From Eledone cirrhosa (lineage: Eukaryota), in assembly GCA_964016885.1 (NCBI GenBank), contig OZ024752.1, positions 23,002,001-23,066,000 on the forward strand: a DNA stretch of 64,000 bases, given 5' to 3'. Made by a program: the position numbers and the translations under genes. Below, in pieces: positions 22,301-42,200 of the stretch; the stretch's first letter is position 1; the number at the start of each line of letters is the position of its first letter. The notes under the pieces were generated by a model. The model was not told the DNA's origin. It saw nothing but the letters and a program-made list of their open reading frames with translations, and did not search any database.

Positions 22301-25300
22301 ACAACACACCACAGCACACCACACAACACCACACTACACAACACCACACTACACCACAACACGCTACACCATAGCACACCACAACAAACCGCACCACACC
22401 ACACCACACCACACATCACCATACCACACCACACCACAACACACCACAGCACACCACACCACAGCACACCACACCACATTACAATACACCACACTACACC
22501 ACACCGCTCACACCACAACACACCACACCACACTACACCACAGCACACTACACCACACAACATCAACTACACTACAACACAACACACTACAAGACACCAC
22601 TCTACACCATACCACAGCACATCACACCACCCCACACTACAACACAACACACCACACCACACCACACTACACTACACCACACCACACCACACAACACCAC
22701 ACCACACCACACCACATCACATCACACCACAGCACACCACACCATACTACATTGCACCACACTACACCACACTAAATCACACAACACCACACCACACCAC
22801 ACTACACCACACAACACCACACCACACCACACCACACTACACTACACCACAACACACCTCATCACCCCACAGCACACCACACCACACTACACCACACCAC
22901 AACACACCACACAACACCACCCCACAGCACAACACACCACACTACACCACACTACACTACAACACACTACACCACACTACACCACAGCACACCACAACAC
23001 ACCGCAGCACACCACATCATACAACACCACACCACAACACACCACTCCACACCACATTACAACACACCACTCTACATCACGCCACACTACACCACAGCAC
23101 ACCACACACACAGCACCACACCACACCACAACCCACCACACCACACCACAACACATTACAACACACCACACTACACCACACCACACTACACCACCACACC
23201 ACACCACACTACACCACACCACACTACAACACACCACACTACAACACACCACACCACAACACAACACATCACACCACACTACACACACACCACACTACAC
23301 CACACCACACTACACCACACCACACTACAACACACCACACCACAACACACCACACCACAACACAACACATCACACCACACTACACCACACAACAACACAT
23401 TACAACACACCACACTACACCACACAACAACACATTACAACACACCACACTACACCACACCACACTACACCACACCACACTACAACACACCACACTACAT
23501 AACACAACACCACACCACACCACACTACACCAAACTACACCACACTACACCAAACCACACCACACTACACCACACTACACCACAACACACAACACAACAC
23601 CTCATCACACCACAGCACACCACAACACACAACACCACACCACACCAGACAACACCACATCACACCACAGCACACTACAACACAGCACACCACAGCACAC
23701 AACACCATACTACATTACACCACACTACACCACACCACACTACACCACACCACACTACACCACACCACACTACACCCCACCAAACCACAACACACTACAC
23801 CACACCACACAACACCACATCACACCACAGCACACTACAACACAGCACACCACAGCACACAACACCATACTACATTACACCACACTACACCACAACCCAC
23901 CACACTACAACACATTACAACACACCACACTACACCATACCACACTACAACACACCACACCACAACACATCACAACACACTACAACACACCACACTACAC
24001 CACACTACACTACACCACAGCACACTACAACACACCACACTACATAACACAACACCACACAACACAACACCTCATCACACCACAACACAGCAGACCACAC
24101 CACACAACACTACAACACACCACACCACACTTCACCACACTACACCACACCACACTACTGCACACCACACTACACCACAGCACACCACAACACACCGCAC
24201 CACACCACGCCACAACCCACTACACCACACGACAACATATTACAACACACCACACTACACCACACCACACCACACCACACCACAACACACCACACCATAC
24301 CACAACGCATCACACCACACTACACCACACCACACCACACCAGGCAACACCACATCACATCACAGCACACTACAACACAGCACACCACAGCACACAACAC
24401 CATACTACATTACACCACACTACATCACACCACACTACACCACACCACACTACACCACACCACACCACAACACACTACACCACACCACACAACACCACAT
24501 CACACCACAGCACACAACACCATACTACATTACACCACACTACATCACACCACACTACACCACACCACACTACACCACACCACACTACACCCCACCACAC
24601 CACAACACACTACACCACACCACACAACACCACATCACACCACAGCACACTACAACACAGCACACCACAGCACACAACACCATACTACATTACACCACAC
24701 TACACCACAACCCACCACACTACAACACATTACAACACACCACACTACACCATACCACACTACAACACACCACACCACAACACATCACAACACACTACAA
24801 CACACCACACTACACCACACTACACTACACCACAGCACACTACAACACACCACACTACATAACACAACACCACACAACACAACACCTCATCACACCACAG
24901 CACAGCAGACCACACCACACAACACTACAACACACCACACCACACTTCACCACACTACACCACACCACACTACTGCACACCACACTACACCACAGCACAC
25001 CACAACACACCGCACCACACCACGCCACAACCCACTACACCACACGACAACACATTACAACACACCACACTACACCACACCACACCACACCACAACACAC
25101 CACACCATACCACAACGCATCACACCACACTACACCACACCACACCACACCAGGCAACACCACATCACATCACAGCACACTACAACACAGCACACCACAG
25201 CACACAACACCATACTACATTACACCACACTACATCACACCACACTACACCACACCACACTACACCACACCACACCACAACACACTACACCACACCACAC

Positions 25301-25569
25301 AACACCACATCACACCACAGCACACAACACCATACTACATTACACCACACTACATCACACCACACTACACCACACCACACTACACCACACCACACTACAC
25401 CCCACCACACCACAACACACTACACCACACCACACAACACCACATCACACCACAGCACACTACAACACAGCACACCACAGCACACAACACCATACTACAT
25501 TACACCACACTACACCACACCACACTACACCACACCACACCACACACCACCACACCACAACACACTACA

Positions 25570-28500
25570 CCACACCACACCACACCACAGCACATCACAC
25601 TACACACACCACACCACAACACACCACAACACACCACAACACACCACACCACAACACCCCACAGCACACCACACCACACCACACCACACTACGCCACACC
25701 ACACTACATCACACTACACACACCACACGACAACACACCACAACACACCACGCCACACCACACAACACCACACCACAACACACCACAGCACACCACACAA
25801 CACCACACTACACAACACCACACTACACCACAACATGCTACACCATAGCACACCACAACAAACCGCACCACACCACACCACACCACACCACACCTCACCA
25901 TACCGCACCACACCACAACACACCACAGCACACCACACCACATTACAATACACCACACTACACCACACCGCTCACACCACAACACACCACACCACACTAC
26001 ACCACAGCACACTACACCACACAACATCAACTACACTACAACACAACACACTACAAGACACCACTCTACACCATACCACAGCACATCACACCACCCCACA
26101 CTACAACACAACACACCACACCACACTACACTACACCACACCACACCACACAACACCACACCACACCACACCACACCACATCACATCACACCACAGCACA
26201 CCACACCATACTACATTGCACCACACTACAGCACACTAAATCACACAACACCACACCACACCACACTACACCACACAACACCACACCACACCACACCACA
26301 CTACACTACACCACAACACACCTCATCACCCCACAGCACACCACACCACACTACACCACACCACAACACACCACACAACACCACCCCACAGCACAACACA
26401 CCACACTACACCACACTACACTACAACACACCACACCACACTACACCACAGCACACCACAACACACCGCAGCACACCACATCATACAACACCACACCACA
26501 ACACACCACTCCACACCACATTACAACACACCACTCTACATCACGCCACACTACACCACAGCACACCACACACACAGCACCACACCACACCACAACCCAC
26601 CACACCACACCACAACACATTACAACACACCACACTACACCACACCACACTACACCACCACACCACACCACACTACACCACACCACACTACACCACACCA
26701 CACTACAACACACCACACCACAACACAACACATCACACCACACTACACACACACCACACTACACCACACCACACTACACCACAGCACACTACAACACACC
26801 ACACTACATAACACAACACCACACCACACCACACTACAACACACTACACCCCACCACACCACACTACACCACACTACACCACACTACACCAAACCACACC
26901 ACACTACACCACACTACACCACAACACACAACACAACACCTCATCACACCACAGCACACCACAACACACAACACCACACCACACCAGACAACACCACATC
27001 ACACCACAGCACACTACAACACAGCACACCACAGCACACAACACCATACTACATTACACCACACTACACCACACCACACTACACCACACCACACTACACC
27101 ACACCACACTACACCCCACCAAACCACAACACACTACACCACACCACACAACACCACATCACACCACAGCACACTACAACACAGCACACACAGCACACAA
27201 CACCATACTACATTACACAACACTACACCCCACCAAACCACAACACACTACACCACACCACACAACACCACAGCACACTACAACACAGCACACCACAGCA
27301 CACAACACCATACTACATTACACCACACTACACCACACCACACTACACCACACTACACCCCACCACACTACACCACACCACACTACACCACACCAAACCA
27401 CAACACACTACATCACACCACACAACACAACATCACACCACAGCACACTACAACACAGCACACACAGCACAGAACACCACAACACACCACAACACACCAC
27501 ACCACACTACACACTACCACACCACAACACACTACACCACACCACCCCACACCACACCACACCGCACCACACCACATCACTCTACACACACCACACCACA
27601 ACACACCACACCACACAACACCACACCACAGAACATCACAACACACCACATCACGTCACACTACACCACAACACACCACAGCACACCACCCCACACCACA
27701 CGACACCACATCACACCACATCACTCTACACACACCACACCACACCACACCACAACACACTACACCACACCACACCACAACACAGCACAGCACACCGCAC
27801 CACACCACATCACTCTATACACACCACACCACAACACACTACACCACACAACACCACACCACAGAACATCACAACACACCACATCACATCACACTACACC
27901 ACAACACACCACGGCACACCACCCCACAACACACCACACCACACCCCACCCCACCACAACACACCACACGACACGACACCACACCACAACACTACACCGC
28001 AGCACACCACACTACACCACACTACACCACACCCACCACACTACACAATACCACACCACAACACACCACAACACACACACCACACCACACTACACCACAT
28101 CACAGAACACCACACTACACTATAGCACACCAGACCACAACACACCGCAACACACCGCAACACACCACACCATACCACACGACGCCACATCACACCACAC
28201 CACACTACAACACACCATAGTACACCCACCACACCACACTACATCACACCACACCACACCACACTAGACAACAACACACCACACCACACCACACAACACT
28301 ACACCACACCACACCACATAACACTACAACACACCACACCACACCACACCACACTTCACCACACTACACCACACTACACCACAGCACAGCACACTACAAC
28401 ACACAACACTACATAACACGACACGACACCACACCACACTACACCACACCAAATTGCACCACACCACACTACACCACACTACACCAAACCGCACCACACT

Positions 28501-31500
28501 ACACCACAATACACCACACCACACAACACCACATCCACCACATCACACAATAGCACACCACAACACACCACACCACACCACACAACACTACAACACACCA
28601 CACCACACCACACTTCACCACACTACACAATACCACACTACACCACACCACACTACACCACAGCGCACCACAACACACCGCACCACACCACACCACAACC
28701 CACGACACCACACCACAACACACTACACAACACCACACAACACCACACCACAATACAACAAACCATAATACACCACACCACACCACACCCCACAACACCA
28801 CATCACACCACACCACACTACAACACAGCACACCACAGCACACAACACCACACTACACCACACCACACCACACAACACCACAACACACCACAACACACCA
28901 CACCACACCACACCACATCACACCACAGCACACTACAACACAGCACACCACAGCACACAATACCATACAACATTACACCACACTACACCACACCACACTA
29001 TACCACACCACACTACACCACACCACACTACACCACACCACACCAAACCACAGCCCACAACACCACATCACACCACAGCACACTACAACACAGCACACCA
29101 CAGCACTCAACACCACACTACACCACACCACAACACAACACACCACACCACACCACACCACAACACACCACAACACACCACAACACACCACACCACACAA
29201 CACTACATCACACCACAGCACACTACAACACAGCACACCACAGCACACAATACCATACTACAGTACACCACACTACATCACACCACACTACACCACACCA
29301 CACTACACCACATCACACTACACCACACTACACAACACCACACCACACCACACAACACCATACCACAACACACCACACCACACCACACCACACTACACCA
29401 CAGCACAACACAACACACCACACCACACTACACCACACAACACTGCACTACACCACACTACACCAAACAACACTATATTACACCACACCACACTACACCA
29501 CACCACAACACACCACACCACACAACACTACATCACACCACAGCACACTACAACACAGCACACCACAGCACACAATACCATACTACAGTACACCACACTA
29601 CATCACACCACACTACACCACACCACACTACACCACACCACACTACACCACACTACACAACACCACACCACACCACACAACACCATACCACAACACACCA
29701 CACCACACCACACTACACCACAGCACAACACAACACACCACACCACACTACACCACACAACACTGCACTACACCACACTACACCAAACAACACTATACTA
29801 CACCACACCACACCACACTACACTACACACACCACACCACAACAAACCACAACACACCACATCACACCACACTACACCAGAACACACCACAGCACAGCAC
29901 ACCACACCACACCACACCACAACACCTCACCACACTACACAACAACACGCCACACCACACATCACCACATCACACCACAGCACACTACAACACAGCACAA
30001 CACAGCACACAATACCATACTACAGTACACAACACTACACCACACCACACTACACCACACCACACGACACCACACCACACCACAATAAACCACACCACAC
30101 TACACCACACCACAATACACAACACCACACTACACCAAAACACACCACAGCACACTACAACACAGCACACCACAGTACACTACACCATACTACATTACAC
30201 CACACTACATCACACCACACTACACCACACCACACTACACCACACAACACTACACCACACCACAGCACACCACACCACACCATACCACAACACACCACAC
30301 CACACCACACCACACCACACTACACCACAGCCCACAACACCACATCACACCACAGCACACTACAACACAGCACACCACAGCACTCAACACCACACCACAT
30401 CACACCACACCATACCACACCACACTATACCACACCACACTACTCAACACCACACCACACCACACCACAACACACCACACCACAACACACCACACTACAC
30501 CACAACACACCACAGCACAGCACACCACACCACACCACACCACAACACCACACCACACCTCACCACACTACAACACAGCACACCATACTACACCACACTA
30601 CACCACACCCACCACACTACACCATACCATACCACATCACACTACACACACCACACCACAAGACACCACAAGACACCACAACACACACAGCACTCTACAC
30701 CACACCACACCACACTACACCACACCACACCACATCACACTACACCACAACACACCTCATCACACGCCAGCACAGCACAGTACACTACACCACACCACAA
30801 CACACCACACCACACCACACTACACCCCACCACACTACACCAAACCACAACACACCACAACACACCACACCACACTACACAAAAACACGCCACAGCACAA
30901 CACACAACACCACACCACACTACACCCCACCACACTACACCAAACCACAACACACCACAACACACCACACCACACTACACAAAAACACGCCACAGCACAA
31001 CACACCACACCACACCAAACAACACTACAACACACAACACCACACTACACCACAGCACACGACACGACACGACACCACACCACAACACACCATACCACAC
31101 CACAACACATCACACCACACTACAACACAGCACACCACACCACAACACACCACACCACACCACACCACACCACACTACACCACACTACAACACAGCACAC
31201 CACACTAGACCCCACCACACCACACCACATTACACCACACCACATCACAGCACACCACACCACACTACACTACACCACACTACACTACACCACACTACAC
31301 TACACTATACTACACCACACTACACCACACTACACCACACTACATTACACCACAGTAAACCACACCGCACCACACTACACCACACCCACCACACTACACC
31401 ATACAACACCACAACACACCACAACACACCACACCACACAACACTACATCACACCACACCACACTACACCACATCACACCACAGCACACTACAACACAGC

Positions 31501-34500
31501 ACACCACAGCACACAATACCATACTACATTACACCACACTACATCACACCACACTACATCACACCACACTACACCACACCACACTACAAAACACCACACT
31601 ACACCACACCACACTACACCAAACAACACTATACTACACCACACCACACCACACCACACTACACAGACCACACCACAACACACCACAACACACCACATCA
31701 CACCACACCACAACACACCACACCACACGACACTACAACACACCACACTACAGTACACCACACTACACCACAGCACACGACACGACACCACACCACAATA
31801 CACCACACCACACTGCAACATGCCACTCTACACCACACCACACTACACCACAACACACCACAGCACACTACAACACAGCACACCACAGTACACTACACCA
31901 TACTACATTACACCACACTACATCACACCACACTACACCACACCACACTACACCACACAACACTACACCACACCACACTACACAACACCACACCACACCA
32001 CACCATACCACAACACACCACAACACACCACACCACACCACACCACACTACACCACAACACAACACACCACACCACACTACACCACACAACACTACACTA
32101 CACCACACTACACCAAACAACACTATACGACACCACACTATACCACACCACACTACACACACCACACCACAACTCACCACAACACACCACAACACACCAC
32201 ACTACACCACAACACACCACAGCACAGCACACCACACCACACCACACCACAACACCACACAACACCACACCTCACCACACTACACCACAGCACACCATAC
32301 TACACCACACTACACCACACCCACCACACTACACCATACCACACCACACCACACTACACACACCACACCACAAGACACCACAAGACACCACAACACACAC
32401 ACCACACCACACCACACCACACCACACTACACCACACCACACCACAGCACATCACACTACACACACCACACCACAACACACCACAACACACCACAACACA
32501 CCACACCACACCACAACACCCCACAGCACACCACACCACACCACACCACACTACGCCACACCACACTACATCACACTACACACACCACACGACAACACAC
32601 CACAACACACCACGCCACACCACACAACACCACACCACAACACACCACAGCACACCACACAACACCACACTACACAACACCACACTACACCACAACATGC
32701 TACACCATAGCACACCACAACAAACCGCACCACACCACACCACACCACACCACACCTCACCATACCGCACCACACCACAACACACCACAGCACACCACAC
32801 CACATTACAATACACCACACTACACCACACCGCTCACACCACAACACACCACACCACACTACACCACAGCACACTACACCACACAACATCAACTACACTA
32901 CAACACAACACACTACAAGACACCACTCTACACCATACCACAGCACATCACACCACCCCACACTACAACACAACACACCACACCACACTACACTACACCA
33001 CACCACACCACACAACACCACACCACACCACACCACACCACATCACATCACACCACAGCACACCACACCATACTACATTGCACCACACTACAGCACACTA
33101 AATCACACAACACCACACCACACCACACTACACCACACAACACCACACCACACCACACCACACTACACTACACCACAACACACCTCATCACCCCACAGCA
33201 CACCACACCACACTACACCACACCACAACACACCACACAACACCACCCCACAGCACAACACACCACACTACACCACACTACACTACAACACACCACACCA
33301 CACTACACCACAGCACACCACAACACACCGCAGCACACCACATCATACAACACCACACCACAACACACCACTCCACACCACATTACAACACACCACTCTA
33401 CATCACGCCACACTACACCACAGCACACCACACACACAGCACCACACCACACCACAACCCACCACACCACACCACAACACATTACAACACACCACACTAC
33501 ACCACACCACACTACACCACCACACCACACCACACTACACCACACCACACTACACCACACCACACTACAACACACCACACCACAACACAACACATCACAC
33601 CACACTACACACACACCACACTACACCACACCACACTACACCACAGCACACTACAACACACCACACTACATAACACAACACCACACCACACCACACTACA
33701 ACACACTACACCCCACCACACCACACTACACCACACTACACCACACTACACCAAACCACACCACACTACACCACACTACACCACAACACACAACACAACA
33801 CCTCATCACACCACAGCACACCACAACACACAACACCACACCACACCAGACAACACCACATCACACCACAGCACACTACAACACAGCACACCACAGCACA
33901 CAACACCATACTACATTACACCACACTACACCACACCACACTACACCACACCACACTACACCACACCACACTACACCCCACCAAACCACAACACACTACA
34001 CCACACCACACAACACCACATCACACCACAGCACACTACAACACAGCACACACAGCACACAACACCATACTACATTACACAACACTACACCCCACCAAAC
34101 CACAACACACTACACCACACCACACAACACCACAGCACACTACAACACAGCACACCACAGCACACAACACCATACTACATTACACCACACTACACCACAC
34201 CACACTACACCACACTACACCCCACCACACTACACCACACCACACTACACCACACCAAACCACAACACACTACATCACACCACACAACACAACATCACAC
34301 CACAGCACACTACAACACAGCACACACAGCACAGAACACCACAACACACCACAACACACCACACCACACTACACACTACCACACCACAACACACTACACC
34401 ACACCACCCCACACCACACCACACCGCACCACACCACATCACTCTACACACACCACACCACAACACACCACACCACACAACACCACACCACAGAACATCA

Positions 34501-37500
34501 CAACACACCACATCACGTCACACTACACCACAACACACCACAGCACACCACCCCACACCACACGACACCACATCACACCACATCACTCTACACACACCAC
34601 ACCACACCACACCACAACACACTACACCACACCACACCACAACACAGCACAGCACACCGCACCACACCACATCACTCTATACACACCACACCACAACACA
34701 CTACACCACACAACACCACACCACAGAACATCACAACACACCACATCACATCACACTACACCACAACACACCACGGCACACCACCCCACAACACACCACA
34801 CCACACCCCACCCCACCACAACACACCACACGACACGACACCACACCACAACACTACACCGCAGCACACCACACTACACCACACTACACCACACCCACCA
34901 CACTACACAATACCACACCACAACACACCACAACACACACACCACACCACACTACACCACATCACAGAACACCACACTACACTATAGCACACCAGACCAC
35001 AACACACCGCAACACACCGCAACACACCACACCATACCACACGACGCCACATCACACCACACCACACTACAACACACCATAGTACACCCACCACACCACA
35101 CTACATCACACCACACCACACCACACTAGACAACAACACACCACACCACACCACACAACACTACACCACACCACACCACATAACACTACAACACACCACA
35201 CCACACCACACCACACTTCACCACACTACACCACACTACACCACAGCACAGCACACTACAACACACAACACTACATAACACGACACGACACCACACCACA
35301 CTACACCACACCAAATTGCACCACACCACACTACACCACACTACACCAAACCGCACCACACTACACCACAATACACCACACCACACAACACCACATCCAC
35401 CACATCACACAATAGCACACCACAACACACCACACCACACCACACAACACTACAACACACCACACCACACCACACTTCACCACACTACACAATACCACAC
35501 TACACCACACCACACTACACCACAGCGCACCACAACACACCGCACCACACCACACCACAACCCACGACACCACACCACAACACACTACACAACACCACAC
35601 AACACCACACCACAATACAACAAACCATAATACACCACACCACACCACACCCCACAACACCACATCACACCACACCACACTACAACACAGCACACCACAG
35701 CACACAACACCACACTACACCACACCACACCACACAACACCACAACACACCACAACACACCACACCACACCACACCACATCACACCACAGCACACTACAA
35801 CACAGCACACCACAGCACACAATACCATACAACATTACACCACACTACACCACACCACACTATACCACACCACACTACACCACACCACACTACACCACAC
35901 CACACCAAACCACAGCCCACAACACCACATCACACCACAGCACACTACAACACAGCACACCACAGCACTCAACACCACACTACACCACACCACAACACAA
36001 CACACCACACCACACCACACCACAACACACCACAACACACCACAACACACCACACCACACAACACTACATCACACCACAGCACACTACAACACAGCACAC
36101 CACAGCACACAATACCATACTACAGTACACCACACTACATCACACCACACTACACCACACCACACTACACCACATCACACTACACCACACTACACAACAC
36201 CACACCACACCACACAACACCATACCACAACACACCACACCACACCACACCACACTACACCACAGCACAACACAACACACCACACCACACTACACCACAC
36301 AACACTGCACTACACCACACTACACCAAACAACACTATATTACACCACACCACACTACACCACACCACAACACACCACACCACACAACACTACATCACAC
36401 CACAGCACACTACAACACAGCACACCACAGCACACAATACCATACTACAGTACACCACACTACATCACACCACACTACACCACACCACACTACACCACAC
36501 CACACTACACCACACTACACAACACCACACCACACCACACAACACCATACCACAACACACCACACCACACCACACTACACCACAGCACAACACAACACAC
36601 CACACCACACTACACCACACAACACTGCACTACACCACACTACACCAAACAACACTATACTACACCACACCACACCACACTACACTACACACACCACACC
36701 ACAACAAACCACAACACACCACATCACACCACACTACACCAGAACACACCACAGCACAGCACACCACACCACACCACACCACAACACCTCACCACACTAC
36801 ACAACAACACGCCACACCACACATCACCACATCACACCACAGCACACTACAACACAGCACAACACAGCACACAATACCATACTACAGTACACAACACTAC
36901 ACCACACCACACTACACCACACCACACGACACCACACCACACCACAATAAACCACACCACACTACACCACACCACAATACACAACACCACACTACACCAA
37001 AACACACCACAGCACACTACAACACAGCACACCACAGTACACTACACCATACTACATTACACCACACTACATCACACCACACTACACCACACCACACTAC
37101 ACCACACAACACTACACCACACCACAGCACACCACACCACACCATACCACAACACACCACACCACACCACACCACACCACACTACACCACAGCCCACAAC
37201 ACCACATCACACCACAGCACACTACAACACAGCACACCACAGCACTCAACACCACACCACATCACACCACACCATACCACACCACACTATACCACACCAC
37301 ACTACTCAACACCACACCACACCACACCACAACACACCACACCACAACACACCACACTACACCACAACACACCACAGCACAGCACACCACACCACACCAC
37401 ACCACAACACCACACCACACCTCACCACACTACAACACAGCACACCATACTACACCACACTACACCACACCCACCACACTACACCATACCATACCACATC

Positions 37501-39295
37501 ACACTACACACACCACACCACAAGACACCACAAGACACCACAACACACACAGCACTCTACACCACACCACACCACACTACACCACACCACACCACATCAC
37601 ACTACACCACAACACACCTCATCACACGCCAGCACAGCACAGTACACTACACCACACCACAACACACCACACCACACCACACTACACCCCACCACACTAC
37701 ACCAAACCACAACACACCACAACACACCACACCACACTACACAAAAACACGCCACAGCACAACACACAACACCACACCACACTACACCCCACCACACTAC
37801 ACCAAACCACAACACACCACAACACACCACACCACACTACACAAAAACACGCCACAGCACAACACACCACACCACACCAAACAACACTACAACACACAAC
37901 ACCACACTACACCACAGCACACGACACGACACGACACCACACCACAACACACCATACCACACCACAACACATCACACCACACTACAACACAGCACACCAC
38001 ACCACAACACACCACACCACACCACACCACACCACACTACACCACACTACAACACAGCACACCACACTAGACCCCACCACACCACACCACATTACACCAC
38101 ACCACATCACAGCACACCACACCACACTACACTACACCACACTACACTACACCACACTACACTACACTATACTACACCACACTACACCACACTACACCAC
38201 ACTACATTACACCACAGTAAACCACACCGCACCACACTACACCACACCCACCACACTACACCATACAACACCACAACACACCACAACACACCACACCACA
38301 CAACACTACATCACACCACACCACACTACACCACATCACACCACAGCACACTACAACACAGCACACCACAGCACACAATACCATACTACATTACACCACA
38401 CTACATCACACCACACTACATCACACCACACTACACCACACCACACTACAAAACACCACACTACACCACACCACACTACACCAAACAACACTATACTACA
38501 CCACACCACACCACACCACACTACACAGACCACACCACAACACACCACAACACACCACATCACACCACACCACAACACACCACACCACACGACACTACAA
38601 CACACCACACTACAGTACACCACACTACACCACAGCACACGACACGACACCACACCACAATACACCACACCACACTGCAACATGCCACTCTACACCACAC
38701 CACACTACACCACAACACACCACAGCACACTACAACACAGCACACCACAGTACACTACACCATACTACATTACACCACACTACATCACACCACACTACAC
38801 CACACCACACTACACCACACAACACTACACCACACCACACTACACAACACCACACCACACCACACCATACCACAACACACCACAACACACCACACCACAC
38901 CACACCACACTACACCACAACACAACACACCACACCACACTACACCACACAACACTACACTACACCACACTACACCAAACAACACTATACGACACCACAC
39001 TATACCACACCACACTACACACACCACACCACAACTCACCACAACACACCACAACACACCACACTACACCACAACACACCACAGCACAGCACACCACACC
39101 ACACCACACCACAACACCACACAACACCACACCTCACCACACTACACCACAGCACACCATACTACACCACACTACACCACACCCACCACACTACACCATA
39201 CCACACCACACCACACTACACACACCACACCACAAGACACCACAAGACACCACAACACACACACCACACCACACCACACCACACCACACTACACC
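25570..39295. repeat. Higher-order tandem duplication, period 6862 bp
   Basis: Identical ORF translations at a constant offset of 6862 (25704/32566, 26441/33303, 27413/34275, 28454/35316, 29985/36847, 31489/38351). Boundaries approximate. Confidence 0.9.
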
Positions 39296-42200
39296 ATACC
39301 ACACCACATCACACTACAACACAACACACCTCATCACACCCCAGCACAGCACAGTACACTACACCACAACACACATACCACACCACACTACAACACAACA
39401 GCCCACACCACACTACACCCCACCACACTACACCACACCACACCACACCACACCCCAACACACCACACTACACAACAACACGCCACAGCACAACACACCA
39501 CACAAAACCACACCACACCACACCACATCACAGCACAGCACACTACACTACACTACACTACACCACACTACACCACACTACACCACACTACATTACACCA
39601 CACTAAACCACACCACACCACACCCACCACACTACACTATACCACACCACAACACACCACAACACAAACACCACACCAAAAAACACCACACGACACTACA
39701 CCACAACACACCACACCACACCACACCACACTACACCACAGCACACCACACTACACCACACTACACCACACCAGAACACACCACACCACACTACACAACA
39801 ACACGCCACAGCACAACACACCACACCACACTACAACACACCATACTAAACTACACCACACCATACTACACTACACGACAACACACCACATTACACCATA
39901 GCACACCACAACACACCACACCACACTACACTTCAGCGCACTAGACTACACGACACCACACTACACCACAGCACACCAAATCACACCACAACACACCACA
40001 CCACAACACACCATACCACAACACACCACACCAATCTACACCACATCACACTACAGTACACCACAGCACACTACACCACACCAGATCAAGCATACTATAC
40101 CATACCGCACTACAACACACAACACTACACCACACCACACCACACCACACCACACCAAACCACAACACACCACACCACAACACACCACACCACGCTACAC
40201 CACAGCACAGCACACCACACCACACCACACCACACCACACCACACCACACCACAACACACCACACCACGCTACACCACACCACGCTACACCACAGCACAC
40301 CACACCACACCACACCACACCACACCACACCACACCAAACCACACCACAACACACCACACCACACCACACCACAACACACCACAACACACCACACCACGC
40401 TACACCACAGCACAGCACAGCACACCACACCCCACCACACCACACCACACCACATCACACCACACCACACCACAATACACCACACCACACTACACCACAG
40501 CAGACCACAGTACACCACACCACACCAAACCACACCACACCACACCAAACCACACCACACCACACCACACCACACCACACCACAACACACCACACCACAA
40601 CACACCACACCACGCTACACCACAGCACAACACAGCACACCACACCACACCACACCACACCACACCACACCACACCACACCACACCACACCACACCACAA
40701 CACACCACACCACGCTACACCACACCACGCTACACCACAGCACACCACACCACACCACACCACACCACACCACACCACACCACACCACACCACACCACAC
40801 CACACCACGCCATACCACACAACGCCACAACACACCACACCACGCTACACCACAGCAGACCACAGTACACCACACCACATCACACCACACCACACCACAC
40901 CACACCACACCACACCACACCACACCACACCACACCACACCACACCACACCACACCACACCACAACACACCACACCACGCTACACCACACCACGCTACAC
41001 CACAGCACACCACAACACACCACACAACAACACACCACATCACGCTACACCACACCACGCTACACCACAGCACACCACACCACACCACACCACACCACAC
41101 CACACCACACCACACCACACCACACCACACCACACCACACCACAACACACCACACCACGCTACACCACACCACGCTACACCACAGCACACCACACCACAC
41201 CACACCACACCACACCACACCACACCACACCACACCACACCACAACACACCACACCACAACACAGCACACTACACTACACCACAGCACACCACACCACAC
41301 GACACCAGAGCACACCACACCACACCACAACACACCACACTAGACCACACCACACCACACCACATTACACCACACCACATCACAGCACACCACACCACAC
41401 TACAGTACAACACACTACACTACATCACACTACACTACACTACACTACACCGCACTACAACACACTACATTACACCACACTAAACCACACCACACGACAC
41501 TACAACACACCCACCACACTACACCATACCACACCACAACACACCACAACACACACACCACACCAAACAACACCACACCACACTACACCACAACACACAC
41601 AGCACACCACACCACACCCCAACCCACCACAACACACCACACCACACCACACCACACCACACCACACCACACCACACCACACCACACCACGCTACACCAC
41701 ACCACGCTACACCACAGCACACCACACCACACCACACCACACCACACCACACCACACCACACCACACCACACCACACCACAACACACCACACCACGCTAC
41801 ACCACACCATGCTACACCACAGCACACCACACCACACCACACCACACCACACCACACCACACCACACCACACCACACCACACCACAACACACCACACCAC
41901 GCTACACCACACCACGCTACACCACAGTACACCACACCACACCACACCACACCACACCACACCACACCACACCACACCACACCACACTACACCACAACAC
42001 ACCACACCACGCTACACCACACCACGCTACACCACAGCACACCACAGCACAGCACACCACACCACACCACACCACACCACACCACACCACACCACACCAC
42101 ACTACACCACAACACACCACACCACGCTACACCACACCACGCTACACCACAGCACACCACACCACACCACACCACACCACACCACACCACACCACACCAC